From positions 17-64,016 of the forward strand of contig CAISGE010000062.1 in assembly GCA_903884815.1 (NCBI GenBank): a stretch of 64,000 nt of DNA, read 5' to 3'. Position 1 is the stretch's first letter; the number at the start of each line of letters is the position of its first letter. A program made the position numbers and the translations under genes. Shown here one piece after another: positions 40,305-51,377 of the stretch. The DNA is from Candidatus Omnitrophota bacterium (GTDB lineage Bacteria > Omnitrophota > Omnitrophia > Omnitrophales > Aquincolibacteriaceae). The notes beneath the pieces were generated by a model. The model saw only the letters and a list, made by a program, of their open reading frames with translations, searched no databases and was not told the DNA's origin.

Positions 40305-41195
40305 ATGGATAAGAATCAGCTTCTTTACGAGGAGTTCCTGAACTATCTCTCCGTCGAAAAGGGCTTGGCCCAGAATACCCTCGATGCCTACCGCCGCGAT
40401 CTCTCGCACTACGACGCCTTCCTCAAAAAAGAAAAGGTGTCCGACTGGAGCAAAGTTTCGCGGACGCATATTATGAAATATCTCAATGCCGAAAGTACTC
40501 GCGGGTTGGAGTCCTCTTCGATCGCGCGGGGTCTTGTTTCTGTGAAGCTTTTCCACCGGTTCCTGACCAAAGAGCGTTATGTCCCGGGAGACATCACAAG
40601 CGTCCTCGAATCACCCAAGCTCTGGAAGAAACTCCCGCAGTTTCTGACCTCTTCGGAAATGGAATCCCTTCTCAAGATGCCGGATAATAAAAAGCCGGGA
40701 GGGCTCCGTGATCTCGCGCTTCTGGAATGTCTTTACGCGACGGGGATGCGGGTCTCCGAGATCACCGAGATCTCGGTGGAGCACGTCTATCTCGATAATA
40801 AGTTCATCAAGTGTCGCGGGAAAGGGGACAAGGAGCGACTTGTGCCGCTCGGCAGTGTCGCGGTTACCGCTTGTCAGGCGTATCTGAGTCGCGTGCGGGC
40901 CAAGATGAAAGCCAAGACGGATCATTTTTTTCTGGGAAGGAACGGCACAGGACTCACACGTCAATATGTCTGGCAGATGATCAAAAAATATGCGCGGCTG
41001 GCCGGCATTGCCAAGGTCATTACGCCCCATACCTTTCGCCATTCTTTCGCGACCCATCTTTTGGAGCGCGGTGCCGACCTGCGCGTTGTTCAAGAACTTC
41101 TCGGCCACTCCGATATTTCCACCACTCAGATCTATACCCACGTCTCCGGCAATCGCCTCAAGTCCGTTCACGCGAAATTTCACCCCAGAGGGTAA
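40305..41195 (+). CDS. Tyrosine recombinase, XerC/XerD family
   Basis: N-terminal SAM-like domain (FLNYLSVEKGLAQNTLDAYRRDL) and the catalytic R..HxxR..Y region (TPHTFRHSFATHLLERGADLRVVQELLGHSDISTTQIYTHV), ending HPRG like XerD/XerC. Confidence 0.8.
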   Translation: MDKNQLLYEEFLNYLSVEKGLAQNTLDAYRRDLSHYDAFLKKEKVSDWSKVSRTHIMKYLNAESTRGLESSSIARGLVSVKLFHRFLTKERYVPGDITSVLESPKLWKKLPQFLTSSEMESLLKMPDNKKPGGLRDLALLECLYATGMRVSEITEISVEHVYLDNKFIKCRGKGDKERLVPLGSVAVTACQAYLSRVRAKMKAKTDHFFLGRNGTGLTRQYVWQMIKKYARLAGIAKVITPHTFRHSFATHLLERGADLRVVQELLGHSDISTTQIYTHVSGNRLKSVHAKFHPRG

Positions 41196-41337
41196 AAGCT
41201 CTGGGGCTGCGCAGTCTCGAATTGAATGTTATGCGACTGTCCTCGAGAATAAGTTTCGGTTCAATCCAGGCCCCAGATGTAGCGTTTCCCATTTTGCGTT
41301 CTCCGAAGATATGGTATACTCGCGCGCGAGGTGACCT

Positions 41338-41607
41338 ATGAAAAAACTTTTAGCGGTTTTAGCTTTGTTCGTATGCCTCCTGGCCTTTGCACTTCCGGTT
41401 TCTCGGGCGGCGGAGGAGAGCGAGGCGGCAGGGACGGGGATGAGCGGGACGCCCCAGGATTTCTCCGACCTTGAAAAAACGCTCAAAAAAGACAAATACG
41501 ATGAGCTTCAGAAAAGGGTCTCAGATCTGGAGCAGGCGAATCGTTTTCTGACGGAGCGTGTCCGCGATATCGAGCGTTCCCTGTACGATTTTAAAGCCAG
41601 GCAATAG
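41338..41607 (+). CDS. Small secreted coiled-coil protein
   Basis: Signal peptide (MKKLLAVLALFVCLLAFALPVSRA) and an RBS. Confidence 0.4.
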   Translation: MKKLLAVLALFVCLLAFALPVSRAAEESEAAGTGMSGTPQDFSDLEKTLKKDKYDELQKRVSDLEQANRFLTERVRDIERSLYDFKARQ

Positions 41608-41686
41608 AAGATCGGCCGCTTAGCTTTGGCGTTCAGCGCGGATTCCGGATGGTCGGAAAATCGGTTGATTTTCAGAAGTAGTATGA

Positions 41687-41715
41687 TTGACATTCAATAA
41701 GGGCAAAGTTATACT
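41687..41715 (+). promoter_or_regulatory. Sigma70-type promoter (TTGACA-17-TATACT) upstream of tRNA-Glu
   Basis: Exact -35 hexamer, 17-nt spacer and TATACT -10; about 120 nt upstream of the tRNA. Confidence 0.45.
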
Positions 41716-41836
41716 GCGCGCGTTTTTGGCGTTCCTTTTCCCCCCGTAACTTGTTTTTCAATCGCAGGTTAGACTATCGTGGGTCTCGTGTTTCTGACGC
41801 AGGCGCACGTATTTTGAATTTGAATGGATCCATCAG

Positions 41837-41914
41837 GGCGCTATCGTCTAGCCTGATCTAGGACGCTGCCCTCTCAAGGCAGAAACACGGGTTTAAATCC
41901 CGTTAGCGCTACCA
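41837..41914 (+). tRNA. tRNA-Glu (anticodon CTC), CCA encoded
   Basis: Manual fold: acceptor GGCGCTA/TAGCGCT (G-U at 1-72), D-stem GTCT/GGAC, anticodon stem CTGCC/GGCAG with loop CTCTCAA, T-arm ACGGG-TTTAAAT-CCCGT, then A-CCA. The D-loop is rather long, so the boundaries are approximate. Confidence 0.7.
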
Positions 41915-41947
41915 TTTGTTGTAAGCCGTAAGAAAGGTTGATACAAG

Positions 41948-43270
41948 ATGATCTCTCGTTACACGCGGGCAGAAATGGCGAAGGTTTGGACAGAAGAGAA
42001 CAAGCTCCGGAAGTGGCTTGAGGTGGAACTGGCCGCTTTGGAAGGACTTGCCCGTTATGGCTATATCCCCAAAGATGTTCCCTCGAAGGTACGTGCTCGC
42101 GCAAAATTTGATGTTGAGCGCGTCAAAGAAATTGAAAAAGTCTGCAATCACGACGTCATTGCCTTTTTGACCAATGTCGCGGAACACGTGGGCCCCGTCG
42201 GCCGCTACGTTCACTTCGGCCTGACTTCCTCGGATATTCTGGACACCGGACTTTCGCTTCAGGTCATGGAAGCCTCCGACATCCTGATCCGCGAACTGAA
42301 AAAGCTTATCGTCTTGCTCGGTCAAAAAGCCAAAGAACACGCCAACACCCTGATGGTCGGCCGCTCGCATGGAGTTCATGCCGAGCCCATTACGTTCGGG
42401 CTTAAGATGGCCCTTTTTCATGCGGCATGCACTCGCGGTCTCGTGCGCCTCGAAGCCGCCAAAGAGAATCTCCGCTACGGGAAGATCTCGGGTGCGGTCG
42501 GAACTTTTGCTAATGTGGATCCCAAGGTTGAGGAATTTGTCTGTAAAAAATTGGGCCTCCACGCGGCGCCGGTTTCCACGCAGGTTCTCCAGAGGGATCG
42601 TCATGCTGAGTATCTGGGAGCGCTCGCGGTGGTCGGCGGATCGTTGGAGCAGCTTGCCACCGAGATCCGCGGTCTGCAGAAGACCGAAACTTATGAAGTT
42701 CAGGAGTATTTTTCGAAAGGGCAAAAGGGCTCTTCGGCGATGCCGCATAAGCGTAATCCCATCACCTGTGAACGGGTCGCGGGTCTCTCGCGCATTCTTC
42801 GCGGCAATGCCTTGGCTGGCTTTGAGAATATCGCGCTTTGGCACGAACGCGACATCACTCATTCCTCCGTGGAACGCGTCATTTTTCCGGACAGCACCAT
42901 CCTTCTGGATTACATGCTGGGTCTGATGCAAAACGTGATCGAGAACCTGGTGGTCAATAAGGAAAGGATGCTCAAGAATCTGGAATCGAGCCGCGGGATG
43001 GTATTCTCCCAGGGGTTGCTTCTCAAGCTGGTTGAAAAAGGCCTGACGCGTGAGGAAGGTTACAAACTTGTGCAGGATGCGGCGCAGAAGCTTTGGGAAG
43101 ATGAAAGCCTTTATCTTGAGCAAGTGGTTGTGAAAGACGAGAAGATCCTGAAATTTCTCACCGTGAACGAGATCCGCGAGGTTTTTAGCTACGACAGACA
43201 CCTAAAAAATGTGCCGGTCATTCTGAAACGAGCGGGGATTCTTCCAACCTCCCGAAAAGGAAAAAAATGA
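41948..43270 (+). CDS. purB: Adenylosuccinate lyase
   Basis: Fumarate-lyase family with the signature GSSAMPHKRNP. Confidence 0.92.
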   Translation: MISRYTRAEMAKVWTEENKLRKWLEVELAALEGLARYGYIPKDVPSKVRARAKFDVERVKEIEKVCNHDVIAFLTNVAEHVGPVGRYVHFGLTSSDILDTGLSLQVMEASDILIRELKKLIVLLGQKAKEHANTLMVGRSHGVHAEPITFGLKMALFHAACTRGLVRLEAAKENLRYGKISGAVGTFANVDPKVEEFVCKKLGLHAAPVSTQVLQRDRHAEYLGALAVVGGSLEQLATEIRGLQKTETYEVQEYFSKGQKGSSAMPHKRNPITCERVAGLSRILRGNALAGFENIALWHERDITHSSVERVIFPDSTILLDYMLGLMQNVIENLVVNKERMLKNLESSRGMVFSQGLLLKLVEKGLTREEGYKLVQDAAQKLWEDESLYLEQVVVKDEKILKFLTVNEIREVFSYDRHLKNVPVILKRAGILPTSRKGKK

Positions 43271-44199
43271 ATATGGCCAGCGACCTTGGTAAGGGTGAAG
43301 CGATCCTGGAAACCCATTTGCCGCTGCCGCGTGTCGCGGTCGGAAAAGTGCGTGACATCTACGGGGTCGGTACGGACAAGCTTTTGATCGTCACCACGGA
43401 CCGACTGAGCGCTTTTGATGTCGTGATGCCGGACCCTATCCCGATGAAGGGGAAAGTGCTGAATCAGATCACGCTTTTTTGGCTGGAGCAGTTTGAAGGT
43501 ATCTTGCCGCAGCATCTCATTACGGCCGATGTGGACGCGATGGGCCTGCCGGCGGCAGTGGTTAAGAATTTTCGCCATGAACTTGAAGGGCGCTCAGTAC
43601 TCGTCAAAAAAGCCGAGCCGCTTGCGATCGAATGTGTGGTCCGGGGTTACATCACCGGTTCCGGTTGGAAGGACTATCTGGCAACCGGCAAAGTGTGCGG
43701 GCACACGATCCTTCCGGGCATGAAGCAGTGCCAGCAATTCCAGGAGCCGCTCTTTACGCCGTCTACTAAGGCGAAGACGGGGCATGATATTAATATCGAT
43801 TTCAGCGAAGCGATCCGGATCGTGGGCAAGGATATCGCCCAGCAAGTGAAGGACCTTTCTATCCTTCTCTATAAGAAAGGGCAGGAATACGCGGCTTCCA
43901 AGGGGATTATTATCGCCGATACGAAGTTCGAGTTCGGGATCTATGACGGCAAGCTCATGTTGATCGATGAGATTCTGACGCCGGACAGCTCGCGCTTTTG
44001 GCCGGCCGCCCATTATGAAACGGGACATGACCAGCCGAGTTTCGACAAACAGATCGTTCGGAATTATCTGGAGACGCTCAGTTGGGAAAAACGACCGCCC
44101 GGACCGGAACTTCCCGAAGACATCATTGCAAAGACCACGGCAGCTTACTGCGAAATTTTTACGCGTTTATCCGGAAAAGACATTCGGAACTCTAAGTAG
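43267..44199 (+). CDS. purC: Phosphoribosylaminoimidazole-succinocarboxamide synthase
   Basis: SAICAR synthetase motifs (GKVRDIY, DRLSAFD, IIADTKFEFG). Confidence 0.9.
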   Translation: MNMASDLGKGEAILETHLPLPRVAVGKVRDIYGVGTDKLLIVTTDRLSAFDVVMPDPIPMKGKVLNQITLFWLEQFEGILPQHLITADVDAMGLPAAVVKNFRHELEGRSVLVKKAEPLAIECVVRGYITGSGWKDYLATGKVCGHTILPGMKQCQQFQEPLFTPSTKAKTGHDINIDFSEAIRIVGKDIAQQVKDLSILLYKKGQEYAASKGIIIADTKFEFGIYDGKLMLIDEILTPDSSRFWPAAHYETGHDQPSFDKQIVRNYLETLSWEKRPPGPELPEDIIAKTTAAYCEIFTRLSGKDIRNSK

Positions 44200-44210
44200 G
44201 AGAGACTATG

Positions 44211-44253
44211 CCACCGCCTGCGAAGCGGCGGGGTCCCGCCAACGGCGGGAAAG
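44211..44253. repeat. REP-like palindromic element (ccaccgcctgcgaagcggcggggtcccgcc...ggcgggaaag), copy 1
   Basis: 30-nt core identical to the copy at 59387-59416; forms two GC hairpins followed by a T-rich tract, so it is a likely terminator downstream of purC. Confidence 0.6.
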
Positions 44254-44284
44254 TTTATTTTAAACAGGAAAGGATTAAAACACT

Positions 44285-44542
44285 ATGCAGTTCAAGGCCC
44301 GTATTCACACGAGTTTAAAGAAATCGGTACTGGATCCCCAGGGGCAGACCACGCTGCACGCCCTTGCCTCGATGGGATTCAAAGAAGCCCAGAGCCTCAG
44401 GATCGGGAAGTATTTTGAACTGGCGCTTGAGGCGGAGAGCCGCGCGAAGGCGGAGGAATGCATTCACGCGATGTGCGACAAGTTGCTTCATAATCCGGTC
44501 ATTGAAGAATATTCGTTCGAGTTGCAAGAACTGCCATCCTAA
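44285..44542 (+). CDS. purS: Phosphoribosylformylglycinamidine synthase subunit PurS
   Basis: About 85 aa with the PurS fold; lies between purC and purQ. Confidence 0.85.
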   Translation: MQFKARIHTSLKKSVLDPQGQTTLHALASMGFKEAQSLRIGKYFELALEAESRAKAEECIHAMCDKLLHNPVIEEYSFELQELPS

Positions 44543-44629
44543 TTAAAATATCGGGGAACGGGGAACGGGGGACGCAACAGCTTTAATGTCCCGGATTTTC
44601 CGGTCATCGCATCCCTAAAAGGATTTTTC

Positions 44630-45319
44630 ATGAAAGCCGCGGTCATTGTTTTTCCGGGTTCCAATTGTGATACGGATTGTTTCCATGCGCTCCGGGATGT
44701 CGTCAAGGTGCCGGTTGAGTATGTCTGGCATAAGGACCGCCATCTTCCCAAAGTAGACCTGGTGGTCATTCCAGGAGGATTCAGCTACGGGGATTATCTC
44801 AGAACCGGGGCGATCGCGCGTTTTTCGCCGGTGATGGAATCCGTGATCCAGCACGCGAACGACGGCCGTGCGGTTCTCGGGATCTGCAACGGTTTTCAGA
44901 TCCTTCTCGAAGCCGGGCTTCTCCCGGGGGCAATGCTCCGGAACAAGACGCTGGAATTCATTTGCAAACACGCCTGGATCCGAACGGAAGAGAATTTGAC
45001 GATCTTTACGGGGCAGATGGAACCGGGTGAGACGCTTTGTGTTCCCATTGCTCACGGCGAGGGGAATTACTATTGCGACGATGACACTTTGAAATCCCTT
45101 CATGATCATTCGCAGGTCGTTTTCCGTTACTGTTCCGAAGATGGAAAAACCGGGGATGCATTTAATCCCAACGGTTCTAAGGATCACATTGCCGGGATCG
45201 TGAACAAAAAGAAGAACGTGCTCGGGATGATGCCGCATCCGGAACGCTCGAGTGAAGCCATCCTCGGATCTTCCGACGGGCTCAAGATCTTCGAAAGCAT
45301 TCTAAACGCACTGGAATAA
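44630..45319 (+). CDS. purQ: Phosphoribosylformylglycinamidine synthase glutaminase subunit
   Basis: Class I GATase with catalytic GICNGFQ and HPER. Confidence 0.9.
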   Translation: MKAAVIVFPGSNCDTDCFHALRDVVKVPVEYVWHKDRHLPKVDLVVIPGGFSYGDYLRTGAIARFSPVMESVIQHANDGRAVLGICNGFQILLEAGLLPGAMLRNKTLEFICKHAWIRTEENLTIFTGQMEPGETLCVPIAHGEGNYYCDDDTLKSLHDHSQVVFRYCSEDGKTGDAFNPNGSKDHIAGIVNKKKNVLGMMPHPERSSEAILGSSDGLKIFESILNALE

Positions 45320-45322
45320 AAT

Positions 45323-47590
45323 ATGCCATCTCTTGATTCGACTACACCGATTACAGCGGAACTGATCGCGGCTCACGGGATCACCACCGAAGAGTATCAG
45401 CACATTCGCGATATTCTCGGCCGGGACCCCAACATCACCGAACTCGGGATGTTCAGCGTGATGTGGAGCGAGCACTGTTCCTATAAGAATTCCAAGCCGA
45501 TCCTGAAGCTTTTCTCCAAGATGAACGCGGAATTGCCGCGCCAGGAGAATCTGCTTGTGAAGCCGGGGCAGGAGAACGCCGGGATCGTGGATATCGGCGA
45601 TGGTCTCGCGGTGTGTTTTAAGATCGAAAGCCACAATCACCCCTCCGCGATCGAACCTTTCCAGGGCGCGGCAACAGGCGTGGGCGGGATCTTGCGTGAT
45701 ATTTTTACGATGGGCGCGCGGCCGATCCTTCTTATGAATTCTCTTCGTTTCGGAGATCTCGCGCAGCCGGTGAGTCAGCGTCTTTTCCGTGGCGTAGTCG
45801 CCGGGATCGCGCATTACGGTAATTGTATGGGGATCCCGACTGTGGGCGGCGATGTTTATTTTGACGCGTCCTATGAGGGCAATCCCTTGGTGAACGCGAT
45901 GGCGCTCGGTATTATCAAAAAGGACGAGATCGTGCGCGGCGCGGCGCACGGCATCGGCAATCCGGTCTATTACGTCGGAGCCACGACCGGACGGGACGGA
46001 CTCGGCGGTGCGGCGTTCGCCTCCAAGGAACTCTCGGAGCAAAGCCATGAGGACCGTCCGGCGGTACAGGTCGGCGATCCCTTTATGGAAAAACTTTTGA
46101 TGGAAGCGTGTCTGGAGCTTCTCAAGACCGATGCGTTGGTCGGGATGCAGGATATGGGCGCCGCGGGCCTGACCTGCGCAGGTTGCGAGACGGCGTCACG
46201 CGCGAGCACCGGGGTTGAGATCGATCTGGCCTTTGTTCCTCGCCGCGAGACCGGGATGATCCCCTATGAGATCCTTCTTTCCGAGTCGCAGGAGCGTATG
46301 CTGGTGATCGTCAAAAAAGGAAAAGAAAAAGAGGTTGAGGATATTTTCGAGAAGTGGGATCTCCATGCCGTAAAGATCGGCGAGGTTACGAAGGGCGATA
46401 AATATCGCGTAATGGACTCGGGGAAAATGGCCGCCGAGATCCCGGCCAAGGCGCTGGCCGATGATGGGCCCGTTTATACGCGTGAGGAAGAAAAACCTGC
46501 GTACCTTGAAGATGCGCAAAAACTGGACCTCACGGCAATCCATGAACCGAAAGATTTTAATGCGGTGCTCAAGCGGCTCCTGTCGCATCCTTCGATCGCG
46601 TCGAAAGCCTGGGTCTGGCAGCAGTACGATCATATGGTCCGCACGGATACGGTGTTCTACCCTGGACATGATGCCGCGCTGATCCGCGTCAAAGGCACGC
46701 ATAAGGGCATCGCTGTCTCCACCGATTGCAATAGCCTTTATGTTTATCTCGATCCGTTGGAGGGCGGCAAGATCGCCGTCGCAGAAGCGGCGCGGAATGT
46801 TGTTTGCTCCGGTGCCCGGCCGATCGGCCTGACGAATTGTCTGAACTTCGGGAATCCTATGAAGCCCGAGATCTTCTGGCAATTCCACAATGCCGTATCG
46901 GGGATCATCGAATCCTGCAAAACCCTTGAAATTCCCGTGACGGGCGGGAATGTGAGCTTCTACAATGAAAGCCCTCAGGGAGCGATCTATCCGACGCCGA
47001 CGATCGGCGTGGTGGGTCTGATCGATAATATCGAAAAGCGTGTTCCTTCCGCTTTTCAGAACGAAGGCGACGTGATCTTTCTTGCCGGCGAGACTTTTAA
47101 CGAGATCGGCGGAAGCCATTATTTGATGATCGAGCACGGCCTAAAGCAGGGATTGCCTCCGAGACTAAATCTCGCCCGGGAAAAAGCCCTTCATCAATTC
47201 ATTCTCGCGGCTGCGGACGGAAAAAAACTCGTCTCCTGCCACGACCTCGCCGAGGGTGGACTCACGGTGGCGCTCGCGGAATGCTGTTTGAAGAGCGAGG
47301 CGGGCCTGGGAGCCAGGATCCAGGGACTTAACGGACTCCGGAAGCACGGGACCGCCCTTCGTGACGACGCGCTTTATTTCGGAGAAACCCAGTCGCGTGT
47401 CGTCATTTCGGTCAAACCCGAGCACCAAAAAGAAGTGAAGACTCTTGCGCAAAAACAGGGTGTTGCACTCTGTGAGATCGGGAAGGTTGACGGGGATGCG
47501 CTTGTTTTAGAAGAGCGGATCCATGTGTCGGTTCGGGAAATGACGAATCTGTTCGAAAATTGGATCCCCAACATTATGGAGCGACAATAA
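45323..47590 (+). CDS. purL: Phosphoribosylformylglycinamidine synthase subunit PurL
   Basis: Duplicated AIRS-like domains and small-PurL motifs. Confidence 0.92.
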   Translation: MPSLDSTTPITAELIAAHGITTEEYQHIRDILGRDPNITELGMFSVMWSEHCSYKNSKPILKLFSKMNAELPRQENLLVKPGQENAGIVDIGDGLAVCFKIESHNHPSAIEPFQGAATGVGGILRDIFTMGARPILLMNSLRFGDLAQPVSQRLFRGVVAGIAHYGNCMGIPTVGGDVYFDASYEGNPLVNAMALGIIKKDEIVRGAAHGIGNPVYYVGATTGRDGLGGAAFASKELSEQSHEDRPAVQVGDPFMEKLLMEACLELLKTDALVGMQDMGAAGLTCAGCETASRASTGVEIDLAFVPRRETGMIPYEILLSESQERMLVIVKKGKEKEVEDIFEKWDLHAVKIGEVTKGDKYRVMDSGKMAAEIPAKALADDGPVYTREEEKPAYLEDAQKLDLTAIHEPKDFNAVLKRLLSHPSIASKAWVWQQYDHMVRTDTVFYPGHDAALIRVKGTHKGIAVSTDCNSLYVYLDPLEGGKIAVAEAARNVVCSGARPIGLTNCLNFGNPMKPEIFWQFHNAVSGIIESCKTLEIPVTGGNVSFYNESPQGAIYPTPTIGVVGLIDNIEKRVPSAFQNEGDVIFLAGETFNEIGGSHYLMIEHGLKQGLPPRLNLAREKALHQFILAAADGKKLVSCHDLAEGGLTVALAECCLKSEAGLGARIQGLNGLRKHGTALRDDALYFGETQSRVVISVKPEHQKEVKTLAQKQGVALCEIGKVDGDALVLEERIHVSVREMTNLFENWIPNIMERQ

Positions 47591-49011
47591 TGGGCGGCGA
47601 AAACATAAAACATCATTGCGGGATCTTCGGGATCTTCAACCATCCTCAGGCGGCGCGCATCACGCAGCTCGGGCTTTTCGCGCTCCAGCATCGCGGCGAA
47701 GAAGCCGCCGGGATCTGTACGAGCGACAGCTCCGATCTCTATCTTGTCAAAAAAATGGGGCTGGTCGGCGAGGTGTTCGATGAGGATTCTTTCGCGCAGC
47801 TTCCCGGAAAAAATGCCATCGGCCATGTCCGCTATTCCACGACCGGGTCTTCGACGCTGCTTAACGCGCAGCCCTGCAAAGTCGATTATTCCCGGGGGCA
47901 GATCGCGATCGCCCACAACGGCAATCTTGTGAATTCCCAGATTTTGCGCGCCGAACTGGAAGCATACGGCTCGATCTTCGGGAGCACGATCGATTCCGAG
48001 GTCTTTGTTCATATGATCGCGAAGCCTTCCTACCGCACGCATGAAGAAGGCGTGATCGGGGCGACGAAACGGGCGAAGGGCGCGTTCAGTCTGGTGCTTC
48101 TGACCGAGGATCATCTCTTCGGGGTTCGCGATCCTCAGGGGTTTCGCCCTCTCTGTTTGGGGAAGCTGGGGAACAGTTATGTGCTTGCCTCCGAGACTTG
48201 CGCATTTGATCTGATCGAAGCGGAGTTTATCCGCGAGATCGAACCAGGTGAAGTGGTGGTGATCGATAGTACGGGAATCCGCAGCCATTTTCCTTTCAAA
48301 GACGAAAACATTCCCCTGGCCCATTGCATTTTTGAGCATGTCTATTTTGCCCGACCGGACTCGTATATTTTTGGTGATAGTGTGGGACTTGTTCGCGAAA
48401 AACTAGGCGCCCAGCTTGCCAAAGAACATCCTGTGGAAGCGGACATCGTGATCCCGGTGCCGGATTCGGGGAGCTTTGCGGCTCTGGGCTATTCCCGGGA
48501 ATCGGGGATCCCTTATTCCCACGGGTTTATTCGTAACCACTACATCGGCCGCACGTTCATCAGTCCTTCGGAAGCGGGGCGTATCTTGAAGGTGAAGATC
48601 AAACTTAATCCTATCCGGCAGGTCGTGGATGGCAAGCGTGTGATCGTGGTCGATGATTCGATCGTGCGTGGCAATACGGCCAAGAATCGCGTTAAGCTTT
48701 TACGCGCCGCGGGTGCCAAGGAAGTGCATATGAGGATCAGCTGTCCGCCGCACATTTCGCCCTGCTTTTACGGGATCGATTTTCCTTCTAAAAAGGAGCT
48801 GCTCGCCGCGAATAAGAGCATCGAAGAGATCACGAAGTTCCTGAATGTGGATAGCCTCGGCTATCTCAGCCTTCAGGGGATGCTTGGCGCCACGACGCAG
48901 GATCCCCGGGATTTCTGCTCGGCCTGCTTTTCCGGGAAATATCCGACGAAGATCTACGACGCGGACGACAAGTACAAGCTGGAGAGCAAAAGGAATACCT
49001 GCAAAATATGA
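47590..49011 (+). CDS. purF: Amidophosphoribosyltransferase
   Basis: Ntn-hydrolase catalytic Cys after a short propeptide (MGGENIKHH|CGIFGI) and a PRTase motif (VIVVDDSIVRGNT). Confidence 0.9.
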   Translation: MGGENIKHHCGIFGIFNHPQAARITQLGLFALQHRGEEAAGICTSDSSDLYLVKKMGLVGEVFDEDSFAQLPGKNAIGHVRYSTTGSSTLLNAQPCKVDYSRGQIAIAHNGNLVNSQILRAELEAYGSIFGSTIDSEVFVHMIAKPSYRTHEEGVIGATKRAKGAFSLVLLTEDHLFGVRDPQGFRPLCLGKLGNSYVLASETCAFDLIEAEFIREIEPGEVVVIDSTGIRSHFPFKDENIPLAHCIFEHVYFARPDSYIFGDSVGLVREKLGAQLAKEHPVEADIVIPVPDSGSFAALGYSRESGIPYSHGFIRNHYIGRTFISPSEAGRILKVKIKLNPIRQVVDGKRVIVVDDSIVRGNTAKNRVKLLRAAGAKEVHMRISCPPHISPCFYGIDFPSKKELLAANKSIEEITKFLNVDSLGYLSLQGMLGATTQDPRDFCSACFSGKYPTKIYDADDKYKLESKRNTCKI

Positions 49012-50027
49012 GCGCCTGGACCTATGAAAAAGCAGGCGTGCCTCATCTCAAGGGCGATGCCGCTTACAATCGAAAGATCTCCGGACTGATCCGTTCCACC
49101 CACGTCCCGGGCGTTTGCGGCGACACGCTTGGATTCGCCTCACTTTTTGATCTGAAGAAAACCGGCATCAAAGACCCGTTGCTCGTGGCCTCGACCGACG
49201 GGGTGGGGACTAAGCTGGAACTTGCCAGGCTTCTTGGCAAGCACGATACGATCGGGATCGATCTCGTGGCCATGTGCGTCAACGACCTCATCACCTCCGG
49301 CGCACGCCCGCTTTTTTTTCTTGATTATTACGCCTCCGGAAAATTCCAGACGAATGTGATTGGCGAAGTCTTGAAAGGGGTTACGGAAGGCTGTCGGCAG
49401 TCCGGCTGCTCTCTGGTGGGCGGTGAGACGGCCATCATGCCCGGCTTTTATTCGGACAACAAGAAAACCCTTGCGGCTCAGTACGACGTTGCGGGCTTTT
49501 CGGTGGGCGCCGTCGAGCGCAAGAAGGTTGTGACCGGAAAAAAGATCAAGGCGGGGGACGTGATCCTCGGGATCCAGTCTTCTGGTTTTCATTCGAACGG
49601 TTACTCCCTCGTGCGGAAAATCTTTTCCGAAAAGACACTGCGCGGTCCCGTGGGCAAGAGACTTTTGACGCCGACCATTATCTACGTCAAGCCGGTACTC
49701 GCACTTTTGAAGAAAGTCGCGGTGAAGGGGATCGTCAATATCACCGGCGGCGGCTTCTATGACAATCTGCCTCGCGTTATTCCTCACGGCCTCGGCGCTG
49801 CGATCGATAAGTCCTCATGGAAAGTTCCCGAGATATTCCGGATCGCGCAAAAGTCGGGCGGTATTTCGGACCATGAAATGTACAAGACCTTCAATATGGG
49901 CGTCGGCATGGTGGTGATCCTTGGGAAGAGCCATGCTGCGGCCGCTCAAAAAGTCCTGAAGTCCTTCAAACTGAATTCCTGGGTGGTGGGCACGATTACA
50001 AAACACGCAGGGGTCACCGTCGCATGA
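49008..50027 (+). CDS. purM: Phosphoribosylformylglycinamidine cyclo-ligase
   Basis: AIR synthetase motifs (ASTDGVGTKL, DLVAMCVNDL). Confidence 0.9.
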   Translation: MSAWTYEKAGVPHLKGDAAYNRKISGLIRSTHVPGVCGDTLGFASLFDLKKTGIKDPLLVASTDGVGTKLELARLLGKHDTIGIDLVAMCVNDLITSGARPLFFLDYYASGKFQTNVIGEVLKGVTEGCRQSGCSLVGGETAIMPGFYSDNKKTLAAQYDVAGFSVGAVERKKVVTGKKIKAGDVILGIQSSGFHSNGYSLVRKIFSEKTLRGPVGKRLLTPTIIYVKPVLALLKKVAVKGIVNITGGGFYDNLPRVIPHGLGAAIDKSSWKVPEIFRIAQKSGGISDHEMYKTFNMGVGMVVILGKSHAAAAQKVLKSFKLNSWVVGTITKHAGVTVA

Positions 50028-51313
50028 AAGTTCTCATTGTCGGATCCGGTGGCAGGGAGCACGCGTTGGCGTGGAAGATCGCCCAGAGCCCGCTTCTGAC
50101 CAAGCTTTACGCCGCTCCGGGGAATGCCGGGATCGCAACCCTCGCGGAATGCGTTGCCATTGCTTCTGATAATATCGACGGCCTCCTGGAATTCGCTCTT
50201 CGCGAAAAGATCGACCTGACCATTGTGGGGCCTGAGATGCCGCTTGTGGCGGGGATCACGGACAGGTTCCAGGAGAAGGGCCTTAAAGTTTTCGGTCCCT
50301 CTCAAGAGACCGCGCTCCTCGAAGGCAGCAAAGCTTTCTCCAAAGATATCATGACTAAATTCGGCGTGCCGACCGCGGATTACGAGATCTTCACCAGCAC
50401 CAAAGAGGCCAAGCATTACGCCATCGAGTCCGAGATGCCGGTTGTGATCAAGGCGGATGGTCTCGCGGCCGGAAAAGGTGTCGTGATCTGCGAAAGCTCC
50501 GAGCAGGCGGTCGCAACCCTCACTCAAATGATGGAAGAGAAGATCTTCGGGGAAGCGGGCGCCAAGGTCATTATTGAGAAAAAATTAGAAGGTGAAGAAC
50601 TTTCGATCCTTGTGCTGACCGACGGGAAGAGGATCATTCCTCTGGCGAGCGCCCGGGATCACAAACGTGTCTACGATCATGACCGCGGGCCGAATACGGG
50701 CGGCATGGGGGCTTTTTCTCCCAGCATGAAGATCCCGGAATCCGAGATCGGGGGGATCATTGATATCGCGGTGCGTCCGATCATAGAGGGCCTGGCTCTG
50801 GACGGGATGCCGTATCGCGGCGTTCTTTACGCGGGGATCATGATGACCAAGGACGGTCCTTTCGTGCTCGAATACAATTGTCGGTTCGGGGATCCGGAGA
50901 CCGAGGTGATTCTGCCGCGCCTGAAGTCGGATCTTTTGCCGGTGATGATGCAGATCGCGAACGGGCGTCTTGAGACGGAAACTTTGGAGTGGCATTCGAA
51001 GGCGTGTATCACGGTCGTGATGGCTTCCGGAGGCTATCCTGGCGCCTATGAGAAAAATGTGCCGATTTACGGGCTTGAATCCGCTCAGGGACAGCCGGAC
51101 GTCGCGGTCTTTCATGCCGGGACGGCGCTTAACGCCGCAAAGCAGATCGTAACGGCGGGCGGGCGCGTGTTGGCGGTCACGGCCTGGGGGGATACCCTGA
51201 AAGCCGCGCATGACCGCGCGTATCAATTTGTTTCCAAAATTAATTTCGCCGGCGGTTTTTGCCGTCGCGACATCGGCCATAAAGCCATGGCACCGCATTT
51301 TATTAATGATTAA
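50024..51313 (+). CDS. purD: Phosphoribosylamine-glycine ligase
   Basis: ATP-grasp GARS with an N-terminus beginning MKVLIVGSGGREHALAWK. Confidence 0.92.
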   Translation: MKVLIVGSGGREHALAWKIAQSPLLTKLYAAPGNAGIATLAECVAIASDNIDGLLEFALREKIDLTIVGPEMPLVAGITDRFQEKGLKVFGPSQETALLEGSKAFSKDIMTKFGVPTADYEIFTSTKEAKHYAIESEMPVVIKADGLAAGKGVVICESSEQAVATLTQMMEEKIFGEAGAKVIIEKKLEGEELSILVLTDGKRIIPLASARDHKRVYDHDRGPNTGGMGAFSPSMKIPESEIGGIIDIAVRPIIEGLALDGMPYRGVLYAGIMMTKDGPFVLEYNCRFGDPETEVILPRLKSDLLPVMMQIANGRLETETLEWHSKACITVVMASGGYPGAYEKNVPIYGLESAQGQPDVAVFHAGTALNAAKQIVTAGGRVLAVTAWGDTLKAAHDRAYQFVSKINFAGGFCRRDIGHKAMAPHFIND

Positions 51314-51377
51314 GGGTATGCGGTGCCATACTGTTAACCTTTAATTTTTTGATAGAGAACAGTATGGAGGTGATGCA

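Noticed and set aside
44539-44629. GGGGAAC x3 microrepeat (cggggaacggggaacggggga) between purS and purQ
   Set aside because: Too short to interpret; probably part of an RBS or spacer region.
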